A DNA stretch of 64,000 nucleotides from Eledone cirrhosa (lineage: Eukaryota): positions 16,182,001 to 16,246,000 of the forward strand of contig OZ024747.1 of the NCBI GenBank assembly GCA_964016885.1. The letters run 5' to 3'. The notes under the pieces are model-generated. The model saw only the letters and a list, made by a program, of their open reading frames with translations, did not search any database and had not been told where the DNA came from. The first letter of the stretch is position 1. Each line of letters opens with the position of its first letter. The position numbers and the translations under genes are program-made. Positions 11,642 through 26,245 of this stretch are shown here, one piece after another.

Positions 11642-13168
11642 TTGATTAATAATATCATCGAATGTCTCCTTGTGAAGCGCTAAATATAGAGGCAACTAAA
11701 TTTGATAGACACTCAAGATTAAAAAAATGACGCAGAATGCCATGAAGATTGAGCAAGTGATAATAAATATAAAAACTGATGCAAGATAGAAAGCCAGTGA
11801 GGCTTGAAAAGAATTGTTAACATATATAATTATCGGAGAGTTACAGCAATAACTAAACATTGTCTAATATATAATAATCTTCATATTTTCCAATCATAAA
11901 CTAAAGAAAAAAATATATATATAAAAGCCCCTACTATGAAAGAAGTGAACTCAAGTAAAATAAAAAAAAAAGAACACGAAAATGTCACATATTAGGTTCA
12001 TGGAAAATGTTATTGACCTGGTTAAACAAAATTATTAGTTGTTTTCGAAATAGCAATCGTGATTTTGTGAGCCATCGTTCTCCTTGCTGTAGTTAGTTAT
12101 GCATGTTGACCGGTGAGATTACCACTTCAATGATTTATAGACTTTACAATACCACCTGTTTTTTTTTGTTTTTCTTTTCAGATATGTCTTTAATTTGTTT
12201 CAACTGACAGATTATTATATGAATAACCTGAGATTATAGATAGATTTGGCAAATATAGTTATCAGATTTAGCCAACAAATAAACATATCTGCTGCCTTCA
12301 CATTATCATAACAAATATATATTATGGCGATACATATAATTGTATGATGCTTGAAGTAACATATGAAATTGTAAATTCATTTCAACACATTTTTTTGTGA
12401 AGACAACTTATTCAAAATTGGCAGCATTAATTATACTTTGACTATAGATTTATCACTTCAAATAGATAAGGTTATACAATGAATAAATAACAAAAACTGG
12501 GTCATGTTTGAAATATTTTACATTGGCATTAAGTTGAACCTTAACTATGGAATTGACTTGCAGCTGTGCATTTTCCCTGGTAATATCAGTCTAAATTGAA
12601 ATGTCTGTTTATTACACTTTTGTTGAAGTGGTGTTTGTTTTATATCAATTCAATCTACTGTTTAAACACAATCTAGCCTACTTCTAGAATTATGCCTACT
12701 CGTGCACTGATATTACAGTAACTTCAGAGGTTACAATCTTTGTAAAATTCCCTCGGCTCGGAAACGAAAATATATTACAATGTAGGTGTATTAATATGGA
12801 TCTTATGACAGAATTAAATAACGAAAATCATGAATACTATCCACTTCTTTTTGTATACATTTGTCTTTGTATTTTCAATAGAAATTGCAACCATATTTAT
12901 ATGCATTTTTATATATTTTTCTTCCATCCTTTGTTCTTGATTTATCTACAAACCCTGAAAGTAAACTTGAACTATTGACAGAATATAATCTCACCAGAAT
13001 ACATATACACAGACCACAAATCAATAGAATTTACCAGTAAATCAATAGAATCCTGACCAGCTGAATCCGACTTCCACCCTCACTACTCCACCTTCATAAA
13101 TGATATATATTAGAAAAATATTGTGATAGTAAATTCACTACTCACAGAATATGAGAATACATATTTTT

Positions 13169-13210
13169 AATATTTGATAAGATTAATATTTAATCGAAAC
13201 CGGTAATATT
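13169..13210 (+). ncRNA. Minimal type I hammerhead, U3-A8 variant
   Basis: AAUAU UUGAUAA GAUUA AUAUU UAAUC GAAA CCGG UA AUAUU. Helices I and II pair perfectly. Confidence 0.75.
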
Positions 13211-13412
13211 TAATAAAACTTAAATTTCTTAACGAGGCCATTTTTGTTCTTATAATGGGGCTCTCATATGTTGTTTTATACACTACCCGTCATACACGTC
13301 ATACAGTTTCAGGAGGGCAGGGAGCAGGTGGAGACCAGCTAGAGGTGTGACAAGGGAAACAAATTACCATTAGTCATTGGCACCTTATACTTACATAGAC
13401 ACACACATATAC

Positions 13413-13447
<35 letters not shown>

Positions 13448-14896
13448 TAATGACCGTTTTCAAATCGTAATTGTTATTGTTGTTTTATATAGGATTTTTT
13501 ATTTTATATAATTTTGTATATCTAGTTTCACACTATATAAATACTTTAAAATACCACATAAAGTAGGAAAATCATGCAAAATCATAAATGATGAAATCAT
13601 AAAAGAAATAAAAGAAATTAATGCGAAAATTATCCACTTTATGAACGCTAGATAAACCCAACTCCTCTGTTATAACTTGAGAAATTACAAGTATAACCGA
13701 TCGATGTGGAATTATATCGGCCACAAGAACTATGACAAAAGAAATGTCCCCGAAAAAGTACGCAAGAAAATCAACCTAATGAACCTAAAAGCAAGTACAA
13801 ATTAAGAAGAATACAAAGACATTTATAATCAAGTGGAATTTGAAATCTCCGAAACAATCGATAGACAATTCTTAGCTCAAGTTTATAAACTTGGGAAACA
13901 AGATCGTGAGAAAAAAGAAATGATCTAATTACGAAATTTGTTTCTTTAACTATAAAAAAATTAAATGAATACAGCTCAGAGTTCATTTTTTGAGAAAACA
14001 AAAATCAACAAGAATATCTACGCCCAATAAGTAACGCATCAAAGAAAATCAAACGTAGACAGGTATATTTGCCTACATGGTCTAACTCACTCGACGGTTT
14101 CATGATTTGGGATAAGACACACGTTTGTAGATGAGAAAGTTTTGCATTAAAAAAACAGTTCCCACACTTGTGTGTTTAAACGCAGAAAAGTCACGGTTTA
14201 AGTAGAGAGCAATGTAGGTGAAATCCATAGATGTTTGGAGTAGATAGGATATCATATGTCTATTAGGCGTAAATATTTGAAATGAATGACGACTAAAGAA
14301 CGTATCAGAATAAAATGTTTATTTAGAGAATTTAGAAAACTACGCGAATTGTTTGACAAATCGGATAATGTTTATCAAATGGTACAACTGATGCTAGTTT
14401 CTACTTTAATGCTGATATTCCTACAACATATCTATTTCATGAAATAAATATACATACTTTATGTTGGGGTTCTTTGGTGTTTCTTTCTGGAATATTGTTA
14501 AACTTAAAATACTAAATGAAAATATTATATTACTATGCTATTTAAATATGTGCTTGTTTATAAACATTATGAAGATCTGTATCTTTTTAAATATTTCCAG
14601 TCGATTCATTCTCCTTTGTGAATGCAAACATTTAAACTACTACTTTCAGTAGGAGATTATGATCGTGAAACACATCTATTAATATTTGTATTCAACTTTA
14701 CATCTCTCAGCTTTTAAAGTTATTCCTGCTTTTGTATATAAACTATTCCCCACACAATTTCTTCAGGTAATTAGATATAACTACAGGATCATTTAGCCCT
14801 GACTTCGTGTGACCTCAACTTTGGAGCGAGTGAGCTGATAATGATTGATAATGAGGATGATTATGTCCGGCGTATTGGCTATGTTGTTGCTGTTTA

Positions 14897-15000
14897 TGAT
14901 GATGATGATGATGATGATGATAATGATAATGATGATGATGAGGATGGTGATGATGATAATGATGATGATGATGCTGATGAAGATGATGATGGCGATGAAG
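14897..15000. repeat. (GAT)n microsatellite
   Basis: Read directly from the sequence. Confidence 0.9.
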
Positions 15001-15232
15001 ATTATGTTCATTGCATCACTTCTTGTATATAATTTGTAATTTCATGGTAGTGATATAATATTTCATTTGAAGATATGTGAAACTACAAATAGCAGTATTT
15101 ATGTAAAGACACAGGGAGGAATAAATAAGATAGAGTTGCTACTTTGATTGAAGCCAATATATAAATAGGTCGAATGAAAATTAGAGAATCCAAAGACACA
15201 AAACCGAAACAATAATGAAGAGAAAGGGGACA

Positions 15233-15445
15233 ATGGATTGGCAGTATCGGTAGAGGGTCGGACGCCATGCTTTGCAGCATAGAGTTACGGCCCTTTATGA
15301 TATGATTTCAAATTCCGTCGAGGTTAACGTTGCCTTTCAACCTCGGGGGTCGATAAAATATAGTACCAGTAATGTACTATGTCGATTCAATCGACTTTCC
15401 CCTCCCCCAAAATGCTAGCCTTGTGCCTATATAAGAAACCATTAT
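15233..15445 (+). mobile_element. tRNA-derived SINE
   Basis: TGGATTGGCAGTATCGGTAGAGGGTCGG ... GGGGTCGATAAAATA..GTACCAG ... AGAAACCATTAT. Confidence 0.8.
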
Positions 15446-18179
15446 AATGAAGAGAAACAAAAAGGAAAGAGAAAATGAAAATATAGAATGTCAGATTCAT
15501 GCTGAAAAAACTACTGTAAGGCAAACTATATTTTTTGCATGGGTATGACATCAATGTTACTATTATGATTTAAAGTCTATTTTACCCTTGATAGAGTCAG
15601 GAATATATCTCTGATTTTTGTATTACCAAAATAAATATATACAGAGAATGACTTCTAGCAAAATTTGCCTGTGCTTTGTATATTACGTTGTCTTAGTCAC
15701 CAACATTTCCGTTGTCTTAGTCACCAACATTACTCATAATGTCATATAACATTAAAGGAAATATTAATACATAATTGGCAAAACAGGTGTTGTAACGTCA
15801 GATATAATTTGTAAAAAGAAAAATATATACTTCAATGAGAAAAAGTCTCAGGTTTATTTACAATTACTCTCACTCTATCGGAGGGTCTCCTATGGTTCTT
15901 TTAAAATTTAATCTAACATATCCATTTTCGTTTGCACAAGATTTCCCTCTATTTTCTGTTATTCTAAGACTAAAAAACAATATTATTGATATAATAATCT
16001 CTTCGTCAGTAAAAGAAAACTGAAAAAAACGGCAATTTTTACCAATCCGGGCAATAAAAAAGATATTAAGAACGCATTACAGAGAAAATGTAATTTCTAT
16101 GCTGAATGGAATAATCAAGGAATTCATGCCACTATGTAATGTTTGATCTTATCTGACATCATCGCCGTTGGTTGATCGAAATTTGCGCGATTGGTGAACA
16201 TTGATTACAATTAGAAACAATGTGTAGGTGTCACTTGAGCCAGTAAACTATTTGATTAATTAAAAGAAAAACTAATCGTATAAAAATATGTGGAACAATG
16301 CAACAAATTTAGATATATCTGACTGATGCTCATGTACTGCATGCGTTATCTCAAGGATATTTGACGTTTTTGATAAGCAGCTGGTCAATTGTCTCTATGT
16401 ATTGCGTTACAATTTCTGAAACTATTCCTATTGGTCAGTATTTTGGAAATATATTTATACATTACCAATAATAGAGTAATAATTAAACATGTCATATACT
16501 GTATAATTTCGTGGTCGTGCAGGGTGCTAAATCGAAACAAAAATATAGTCGTTGCTACAAAAACTTCTCACTCTGCATCCATCAGGTTCTTTTTATTTGA
16601 CTTGTGTAGAGTGTGATTTGAACGAGTTTTGTCTAATATTTATGAAAACGCGTGACCATTGTTCGTCCGTGGATGTGGCTGTCTTAGTTTTCTCTTTTTA
16701 TCAATGTTGATATTATGTCATCAAGTTTTATGTCATGATTATATAGGTGGTCTTCAACGAGAAGACCAGCGATTACACTTATGTAAGTATTGCGAATAGA
16801 TCATATTCTCAAGTTCGGACATGAGATCTTTTTTACACTTATATCTTATTAATATGTAGTGTTGTTAATAATTTCCATGGTTATCGTTTATTCCTGGCTC
16901 AGTCTTTCTTCCTAAGTTCTATGTAGGCATGATGAAGTCTTGTTATTTTAGGCTGTTTTTGTTTTTCTGTTTAATTTCCTGGTGTGTTCATCTGGTAATA
17001 GCTGCTTCGTCGTGATTTATATTTGTTGGTAATATATTTTTCACACTTCATCTTCTTAGTGTTCATATCATTTCTAGCATTTGTATTTTCATTTGCGCAT
17101 TATTCTTTTATAGGTATATTCCTACGTGTTATATATTTTGGGTTTTAAATATGCATATTCCTAACTAAGCTTAACTGTTCGAGTCCAAATTTAGATTTAG
17201 GTTATGGTTCTTTTTACTTCAGGTATTAAATATTTACAGATAGTGCAGATAATTATTGATAATTATGTGTAGAAAATGGAGGTTTATTCCTCTCAAGTCC
17301 ATTACTTTATATTTTCCTATGCTATGTAGAAATACAGAGCATTATTTTACTTGGCGCCTTGTTTTTCTTTTTGTTTTCATCCTTATATTTTAGCATATAA
17401 TACCAAAATATTTTATATATATATAATTATTATTTCATGCAAAATTTGTAAGTTGTTAATTTGAGATTCCCTGTGTTAGTGAGCTTAATTTTAGTGCAAA
17501 TGTGAATGTTAGCAGTATTTAAATTACACTAGACAAGAATGAAACAAAATACAGAACGTAGATAACGGGTATATATCAGCATATCTATCGTTGCTTTTCC
17601 TATATCATATGATGGATGTTTATGAATATATCTCGATGACGTGAAATAGATATGATTAACATTATTCAAAACGTTTAAAGTTTGAATACTCTCAACTTAG
17701 TCATTCTTATTAATCTTATGGTTGATATGCTTATTAATTTTATTTGTGTTGTAGAAGAAATACCACCACAGAGGATTAAATGACGTGCTATATTTGACTA
17801 TGTCTCTTTAATTTCTAAATCGAATATTCCTTTAAAATAAAGGCTAAAATTGAATTACATCGTTTCCAGTTATATATGAAATGTGCCAGCAAATTCTAGG
17901 TTGCTTCAATTGATATTTATCCCGGCTTCAACAAAACTATTTGCAACGATGCTCGAATATACATTATTACGTTGAGACTTTAAAGCCTTTCTCACTAAGT
18001 ATTTATTTTTATTCATTTAAAAAAAGAAACGTTACCATTGTAAGTGCGTAAGTAAATAAGTGAATAAGCAGGCAAACGTGGAAACAAGTAAGTAAATAAG
18101 TAAGATATAACTAAGAAGTAAGCAAGCAAGAGGAGGAGGACTATATTGTCATTGATAACATTGAATATCGCAGGCTTAT

Positions 18180-18740
18180 TGTTCAAGAGGACAATCTCTC
18201 TGTGATGCTATTTCAACTGTCAGTAAACCGAGTGCTGCATGGCTGGAATGAAAATCAGTCCTGTGAAGACTGAGACACTCATCCTCATAAGGAAACCTGC
18301 ACAGTCCGCTCTATATGTGGATTAAGATCCACTGAAGAAGGCGGTGAAATTCATGTATCACGGGGCTGTGTTCAGGAGTGATGGGAGACAGGAGGTTGAA
18401 TTATGTTTAAGAATTGCACGAGGTGGTGTAGTAACGCGCCAACTTCAGCATTTGGTAGACAGATGTATGAAGGTAGATGCAAAAGGAAAACTCGCTATCT
18501 ACATTTCGATAGGGTCATGAATCTTGAGTAACGACCGAGGTATATGATCGCGGATAGAAGCGAAGAAATGGAGTCCAACCGAAGGGTCTTTGGGGTAATG
18601 TTATTTGATATAGTGCGTAGCTCAGAGATCAGCGAATCACTCCAGGTAGAGCTGCTACTTCTCCGACTGAGAGCGCACAGCTCATATATTACAGGAATCG
18701 AGTTATAATGTCTCAGGAAAGAATGGCTGGACAGAATCTA
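18180..18740 (+). pseudogene. Degenerate RTE-like LINE RT C-terminal fragment
   Basis: Broken frames read GMKISPVKTETLIL, KFMYHGAVFRSDGRQEVE and RIARGG, resembling the post-YADD region of RTE elements. Confidence 0.55.
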
Positions 18741-18819
18741 CGGGTAAAACAATCGGCAGAAGACCAATGGAATGATACTGATGAAGGCCATTGGATAACA
18801 TACAATAGATAGAGTGGCC

Positions 18820-19174
18820 CCTGAGAAATTGCACAGCAATAACAACACTAATCCATGGGTCGAAAGCTGCATGCTTATCAGCAATTCACCTTGCATATCT
18901 ATATTGCCAGAAAGACACAAAATAGAGCAATCCAAGAATAGGAAATATGAAAAAATACCTAGCTCACACAATCGATAGTGATGCACGCAAAACACCTAGA
19001 TCTGATAACAGATTAAGATGCTCTGGAATAGAAATCAAAGATGACACCCACATCGTAAGCAGCTGTCCAACGATACCACCACCATATGATCTACCTATGC
19101 GGTATGATGAAATGGAACCAGCAGAAAGGATCCTTCCACGAATATACAACCGCTATTTTAAATTCCTTATTTGA
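18820..19174 (+). pseudogene. Degenerate R4/Dong-like LINE zinc-knuckle region
   Basis: DNRLRCSGIEIKDDTHIVSSCPTIPPPYDLPMRYD resembles CRLC..E...HIVSGC......Y..RHD. Confidence 0.5.
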
Positions 19175-20803
19175 ATCATATTAATAAACCATATAACTTG
19201 TTGAGTAAAATAATAACGCCGTTTTATTTTATGTTCCATCTAATGTTAACCACTAGCGTTATTTCATAAGAATAAATTTGGGAACAGTAGAAATTAAGCA
19301 AGTGCTTAAGTAGGCGTTCGATGAAATAAACAGTGAGAAATTGCGTCTTAAACTATCAGAGTTCTATGACAGTATGTGTTACGAAATCCACATTTACTGC
19401 TTGTAACTTGCAACTCTTTGTTGAACAGATTGGAACAAGTTATATATTCACCACAGAATGAGAATGTTATTTACTGTTGAATGGAACATTTCCGTTGACT
19501 GAGATTACTACGTTAGCGATCTTTGAATATTTATTGATTCTCATCTCAATCAGTTGCTGGGTATAACATTAGTGGCTATAATTTGCAGAGCGTTTCAATG
19601 TTAAAGACAATTTCTATTGGATCTTGTGACAGCTCGCTATTAAATGTATTACAACAAGCAAGCTTCTGATCAACATTAACAAAAATAGAATCGCTTACTG
19701 CATTACAGCTAGTTATAACCTATTCCTTCAACCACTCGTTCAACACAATGAAATATGTACCGCTTTGAAACGTTATACCTTTCAATAATACCATTATGAG
19801 ATTAAATACAGAGAAATATATATCATCATATTATAATGTTATCGTGTATAATGTTATGGTTTACACCTTTCCCAAAATAAATGATGAGGAAAGCGACTGG
19901 GAATGTTTTCTTATATATATGAAAATTATATATAATTTCATGAAGCTTCCTATATGAAATAACATTCTGATTTTAAACCATAAATTATGAATACTAATGC
20001 GCATTACTGATACTGAATGCATGTGTTTAAATCTTGCTTCCTGTAGTAAAGTAAATGAGAGAGAGGCATCATTGCCTATGTAGCACATCAGTCTATCTAA
20101 TATGAGATTCTGTGTGTAAATTTGAAATCGATATTTAGTAATGAGAGGATGATAGCAACATTGTGGAAGCGTAAGAAAAATTCCATTGCGGATGTCAATA
20201 TTGCCTTTCGCCATTGCTGGATCTGCAATATAAAGTACCTGTTAAGAATTGGAGTTGATTTAATTAACTTTGACTGTACCCAAAATTTGCTGGCAATATT
20301 CCCCAATCAGAAATGAATATTTATTAATGTAATTAGATTAAGCAAAATTATTAGAAAGTTGGACAAACGCAGACTAAGTGTTTCATTAGGACTACTTATA
20401 TTCTGATTTAAAAAAGCCCTGATTTTGTTATGTATATGCCGGACGTATTTGAATTAAAATACATTTCAAGTATTGAGGTCACTATATTCGATTATATCCC
20501 ACGTTAAAAATATTGTGATTCTAGGTCTTCTCTCTCTAACGACGAATCTATTAGAAACAGCAGGTAATTCACAATATATTTCCTTAAAGACACTGGATAA
20601 GCTGCCTCTAGATATACTCTATAATGACAGCGTGCTGATAGCTGGAGTGTCACTTGTCAGAATCACTGCACAAATTAGAATACACGAGCCGCTACAGTTC
20701 CCATTGGCATTTTACTCTACATATTTATAAATATGAATAAATAATACATTGATATAAATGCAAAACACTTTAAGATATTGTATTAGCACCAGTATATATC
20801 TAT

Positions 20804-21055
20804 CTAGGGCGGGTAAAATTCCCGAGATCCATGGACGAGTTCTCTCCAGCTGTCTCTGTCCCTCATTATCGCTGCCATGTCCTGCGTCTCTAACAGACCA
20901 GTGGCTGTCCTTAGGGCATCAACATACGTTAACCTTGGTCTTCCTCTTCCAGTGTGTCCATGTAGAGGCTCCCACAGGAGCACTGAGTGCAATGTCAACT
21001 ATGGATAACGGTGAGCATGTCCAGTTAACCTCAGTCACCTCTGTGTCACTTTTGA
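20804..21055 (-). mobile_element. 3' end of an RTE-type LINE
   Basis: RLTGHAHR..LHSVLLWEPLHGHTGRGRPRLTYVD..RDRDSWRE. Closely similar to 46590-46830. Confidence 0.8.
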
Positions 21056-21059
21056 GCTG

Positions 21060-21210
21060 ACATTAAACTACATCCAGTGGCAAGGCTCCAGTTCGGGAGT
21101 TCAGGAGCTGTGGAGAATGGGGAGTTACTGTTTAGTTGTCATAACTCCCAGGTCTGCTCTGGCCCGGAGTAGTACCTATTAGGGCCTCATTTATGGGTTA
21201 AAATACTACC
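21060..21210 (+). repeat. Probable SINE-like interspersed repeat fragment
   Basis: GC-richer block TAAACTACATCC..GGCTCCAGTTC..CTCTGGCCCGGAGTAGTACCTATTAGGG resembles a recalled octopod repeat. Only one copy occurs in this window. Confidence 0.35.
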
Positions 21211-21372
21211 TTATTCGAGTGGCGCCGGTAAGATATCGTCAGCCCTTGAAAAGAAATATGGAGAGTCTATCTAACAGCACTAGGGTTAGAGCCCCTAATT
21301 ACACTGTCAATGAGCAGTCTGGTCGTTATGACTCTGCTGGCTTAGAGCCAGTATACACAAACACACACACAG

Positions 21373-21452
<80 letters not shown>

Positions 21453-23420
21453 TGGCTCACTCAATAACTGACGTTCTTTTACATTACGTAGTTTGAAGGA
21501 TAATCAACTTTTGTTTCATAATAATTCTATGAAGTTTCGATTTGAAGAATTGAAAATATCTTAAATAATATCAAATACGTTTACATCCGACATCAAATGT
21601 CAACAGGAATTAAAGTATTCTATTCGTATTTTTTTTTCCTTTTTTCTCTTTGCAATTTAAAGATTTAACTTTTGTAAGTCTCTGAAATGTTTTCGAGATT
21701 CTATCTAGTAATTTCTATCAGAAAGAGTTTTAGCTCACAATTCCAAAGACAGTACGAATTTATAAATGTGATTTAACTGAAGTAAGCACATAACATATAG
21801 TTTGACAGGCAAAAACATGATGAGTGCCGGAAATACCAGCCGGAGGTCAATTAGCTTTTAAGAATAAATAGCAACCTATTTCCTATGTTTCTTCCGCTCA
21901 TTTATCTTCTTGTGTCTTCGCTTATATTTTTATATTTCTTCAAGTTATCACTCAACTAAGATATTTAATTTGCCAACGAGAGGAAATTTACTTTGAAAAT
22001 ACAACTTGATGGTTATTGATTAAACGTCTTGGCTCTGACCAACACAGCCCATGTTGTTAGTTATTGGCCAATGTCCATAAATTACGAACTGATGTTTGTA
22101 ACTAGATGGAATGAACGAACAATTGATGAAAAAGCATTTGTTGAGAAATAATTTTAAAATTTAAGATTTATCACTCGTTACGTTCTAAATTGTTAGAAGT
22201 GGATACAATATTTTACAATATAAAAGTACTCATCTTATTCTCAGATCGGGCTCAATATATTGCTACAGTCAACATTGAACCTCATCCATATGATTTCCAT
22301 ATGTACCAGAAATGGATAGAAATAATTTTCATCTTACCATCAGCTACGCATAATTGTCGTAATATAATGAAAAATGGTTTCAACAATATTTTAGAGTCTT
22401 TCCTCTTCCACCTTTCTAACATTCTTGGGGAAAAATATAACCATCAAATGTTCTATATATTCTCTCATAAATGTTACGTCAACATATGTGAAATGTATCC
22501 TGTGTCAATGGCTATTATACGTTCTTTTATATTTTGGATTAACAGAGAAAACTAAAACCACCAGACAAGAAATAATGGCCTTTGAAAGAAGATGTGGTAT
22601 TTGTAGAAAGATGTAAAGCAGCTTTTGACTGATAAAAAAAGAAACAAAAAGCAAGCACCATCTAGTCATCGTTACATTCATTGGTTCTTCTTAAATTATT
22701 GATACATGATAACAGATCACTATTGAAAATGTCAACCTAACCGAGTAGATTTCACTCTATTACAAAGCATTTTAGCTCATTTTATTTATATACATTTATT
22801 CGTGAGACTAATGCAGTGTTAGCAATTATTTACGATTTAAAAGAATGGAATATAATGTTAGCCTTATATATTGTTTTATCTTTTCATAATTGCAAATCAT
22901 TTGGGTAGACACTTTTGAGAACTTCAAACTCAACGGTCCAATATACCCAATAATTTTTGATTGCCTTCTTTGACACAAAATCATCATTAGCAGAATATAT
23001 TTTAAAAAGTGAAAGAAAGAAAAAAAGAGAGAGAAATAGCGAACACTCGTAACATTTGTACTAACCAGATAAACATGTTTAAAGTTGATTTCTCTGATAT
23101 TTCTACGAAATTACAATTTGAATGCTTTGACATTATAGTTTTCTATTTGGAAGAAGCAAAAAGAGATATCATGAAAGTTTTTGAGAAACACAAAGAGGAA
23201 CAATTTATTTCAATTATCGAACACCCGTATTTAGTAATTTATTTACTTATTTATATATACATTTATTTAACAAAATTTGTTTCGCTGCAGTATTAATTGA
23301 CAAAGTGAATCAGGTGCTGAGCTATTTGAAGTGAAAATATAATCAAATAAGATTATTTTGTAGCGACATAATTTCAACTCTTATCTGATTTTTCCTCCAT
23401 CGTGACTTACTAATTTTTTT

Positions 23421-23479
<59 letters not shown>

Positions 23480-23534
23480 ATGTATATATATGTGTGTGTG
23501 TATGTATATATAACACGACAGTTAGTTCACCATA

Positions 23535-23575
23535 CCGAGATCAATTGTTTCACCTTATGCGGATATTCAGCTCGG
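23535..23575 (-). ncRNA. Decayed hammerhead motif
   Basis: CCGAG CUGAAUA U CC GCAUAA GG U GAAA CAAUUG AU CUCGG. The helices are intact but two core positions deviate. Confidence 0.45.
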
Positions 23576-23779
23576 ACTGGTTATACGGAACAGGAAAAAT
23601 AACCGTATGAACAAGCATGCGCAGAAACGGACACTTCCCACAAGCGATACAAAAGCACGGGCTAATGACCGGAAAAAATCGTTCGAGTTGATTAGAATAT
23701 TAGAATGTTGCTGTTATTCAATCCGGAGCTTTGTAGTTATGCAATAAGTGTTTCCAGACGTGTGGGCAGCATGAGAAGT

Positions 23780-23880
<101 letters not shown>

Positions 23881-24110
23881 CAGGAAGATGACGGACCCAG
23901 CATAGGTATCAATGCTAGGACCGGTTGCATCGCAGCGTACTCAATAGGTAATGTTAAATGCACTCCCAGAGTATACACATAGTTATTCGCTTCAATACAA
24001 CACACGTACACGGGTACCTATAGTAGTTCCCTAACTCGAGTTTCTACCACACTTAATGCAGCACCAGAGTGCACATCACCCTCTGTCCTCATAGATTATG
24101 CGACAGTGCA

Positions 24111-24173
<63 letters not shown>

Positions 24174-24561
24174 ATACTTGGGGAGGGTCATATTTGTGTA
24201 ATATTGCCAGAATTAATAACAGAACACACTCACTGTTTGGTTGGTTTTCGCTTTTCGCTTCTGTGTCTTTTATAACGGCAATCTAATTTATTCGGTCCTC
24301 AATGTTGCCATTGACTGACCAACGGTCAAAAATAATACAGATACAATATAGACACACACACATATATATAGTTTATCAAAGTTCTTTCGTTGCACATCTG
24401 CAACATCGTCAACATCTGCAACGATAGATCTTTGATAAACTATAATCATATGATTCCAGTTCCTCAGTGAAATAACAACCCAACCAGGAACTGGGCATAT
24501 CAGAGTATTGACAAAGTTAAACTCCTCAACATGTGTACTCGTCTCTACCACACTAACTCGG

Positions 24562-24616
24562 ACTGCCTGAAGAGGTCACAGCCAAAGATGGCTGTCACCG
24601 AAATATATATAGGATT
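24562..24616 (+). ncRNA. Hammerhead motif with perfect core and helix II but weak helix I
   Basis: CUGAAGA GGU-C-ACAGCCA AAGA UGGCUGU-C-ACC GAAA UAUAUA UA. Lies about 60 bp before (TA)n. Confidence 0.6.
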
Positions 24617-24696
24617 AATAAACGAAGCCAAATTTTAAACATTTGACTTATTTATTTTATTTTATTTTATATATATATATATGTGTGTGTGTGTGA

Positions 24697-24764
<68 letters not shown>

Positions 24765-25377
24765 ATGTGTGTGTGTCTGTTTGTGTATGTAAGTGGGCAT
24801 CTCGTAAATTTCTCATTGCATTGATAGAGGTAGGCTTGAGAATATTCTCTCTACTACAGTACCCCAAATGGCATGTAACTTCACATATAGCTCCTTTCCA
24901 GCGATCACGAATATGCTTGGAAGTAACAAGTCTAAGGTTTAACCGCCTTTAAACCTAATTGCTCCATGTAGGCATATCTCATCTGCCTTAGGTTGCAGTT
25001 TGTGAATAAGAATGGTTACACTGAATTCAAACATAGATCTATCAGACACTTTACTCATAGTTATGACCAGCCATCTATCACTAGAAGAGAAATCAGTGTG
25101 CATAGAAAGTATAATATAAATGAAGAAACGTAAGCTACCTTTACGGAATTCTTCTTGGGGAGTGAAATTCTGAAGTGAAACCTGCGGTTTATGGGCTTAC
25201 GGTTCATCTCAATTGAAGACTGTCACCAGATAATAATCTGTGCGACATAGTGATTGATACGTGTGTTGTACAAGAGTTTGCACCTTTTACACCAATAATT
25301 TCCCTGCATGTGTTTTTATCTGTGTATCTGTGTATTGGAAACACGTTTAAGACATGGTGATCTTCGACAAGAAATGA

Positions 25378-25472
<95 letters not shown>
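25378..25472. repeat. (ATCT)n microsatellite
   Basis: Read directly from the sequence. Confidence 0.95.
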
Positions 25473-26151
25473 ATGTATCTATCTGTCTATATATGTATAT
25501 ATATATATGTGTGTGTGCGTGTGTGTTCGTGTGTGTGTGCGTGCGTAAGCATGCACATTTGTACGTGTACCTTCCTTTCCTATATATATCTGTGTCGTTT
25601 AACATTATTTGTCTTTAAACACAGTAATCTCTCACTATGGAGTTCTGGAACTCTCCGACTCTCTTTTCTCCTCCACTATCTCTCCCTCCCTCTACCTTTA
25701 TAAACATTTTGTTTATATTTCTCTCATTCTTTCTCTATATCCCCTATTGCGTATTTTCATTAATACAACTCCTCCATTCCACTCTCATTTTGCTTTCTCT
25801 CACTCTATAACGTACACAATTTGTCTTGATCTCTTTCTCTCCTCACACACTTTCTACACACAGCATACATACGAAGATACATGCGCATATAATTACACAG
25901 ACATAAAGAAAGACTTTGTTCTCTACTGATTGGTATTGACAAATGGTAGACTGTAAGTGATTTTCACAATGGGCTCTAATGAACTTACATCATTATCACG
26001 TGACAATTCCTAGAAAATAGGTATATATCACTAAACAATATTATGTCGTGTTAAATGAACACGGAGAAAGTATCGCTGAGAGCCAGTTGCCTTTTGTCTG
26101 CACACGATTCATTATCGTTATTGTTGGCTTTATTTGTGTTCTTGTTGTCAA

Positions 26152-26159
26152 TGTTGTTG

Positions 26160-26245
<86 letters not shown>
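26152..26245. repeat. (GTT)n(ATT)n microsatellite
   Basis: Read directly from the sequence. Confidence 0.95.

Noticed and set aside
15686-15731. 22-bp tandem duplication CGTTGTCTTAGTCACCAACATT
   Set aside because: A simple local duplication with two copies.
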